Shown here: positions 63,721 to 64,000 of the stretch, piece by piece | Numbering within the stretch: position 1 is the stretch's first letter | How the letters are laid out: the number at the start of each line of letters is the position of its first letter | Assembly: GCA_951406725.2 (NCBI GenBank) | Contig: OX597837.1 | Coordinates: 24,366,001-24,430,000 of the forward strand | DNA: 64,000 bases | DNA from: Octopus vulgaris | Lineage: Eukaryota | Direction of reading: 5' to 3' | Translations under genes and position numbers: made by a program | Notes under the pieces: model-generated | Told to the model about the DNA's origin: nothing | What the model saw: the letters and a program-made list of their open reading frames with translations, nothing else | The model's database searches: none

Positions 63721-63909
63721 GTGACCGCGTGTGTACCGTTGGCGATTTTTTTTCTCTGTCTTCCCTTCTTTGGATCTTTCCTTTTCCTGTGTTTCTGATG
63801 AAGAGCTCTGCTCGAAACGTTAAACCCTCCTTCTTTCCTTCTTTCCTGAGCGTTCAATAATATTATATTCATTCCACGTCCTCGCGTTGTTGTGTTTTCA
63901 TGTTTGGAT

Positions 63910-63914
<5 letters not shown>
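63721..63914 (+). mobile_element. Penelope-like terminal repeat remnant carrying a hammerhead
   Basis: ~200-bp repeat with a second copy inverted at 50279-50478 and a diverged relative at ~29990-30135. All lie next to (TA)n. The class is inferred from the ribozyme. Confidence 0.5.
63791..63825 (+). ncRNA. Minimal type I hammerhead ribozyme motif
   Basis: GTTT-CTGATGA-A-GAGC-TCT-GCTC-GAA-ACGT-T-AAAC. The short palindromic stem III is typical of Penelope-associated minimal hammerheads. Confidence 0.7.
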
Positions 63915-63972
<58 letters not shown>

Positions 63973-64000
63973 AAGTTGGTGTGTGAAAGCACGTGGTTGA

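Overview
AT-rich, repeat-dense animal genomic DNA. The SINE/LINE repertoire and (TA)n load suggest an octopus (inference). One protein-coding gene is supported: the 5' part of a PGAP6/TMEM8-family gene on the minus strand. It has 7 phase-compatible GT-AG exons (59272-59038, 23881-23707, 15049-14845, 10001-9862, 7946-7663, 4600-4290, 1248-1037), a ~35 kb first intron, and continues past the window start. The introns hold at least four short-retroposon families, CR1-group and RTE LINE fragments, Tc1/mariner, hAT and piggyBac-type elements, a Helitron, an LTR remnant, a 25-bp minisatellite and long TA microsatellites. The most notable observations are: (i) a near-intact tRNA-Val(AAC) with its oligo-T trailer fused to the 3' stem-loop tail of a LINE also present in the window; (ii) several hammerhead-ribozyme motifs in Penelope-like remnants, one with an unusual strand order; (iii) five fold-back insertions, including a perfect 268-bp palindrome; (iv) a covarying 3' stem-loop shared by SINEs and LINEs. 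Repeat boundaries were read by eye and are approximate; no database search was run.
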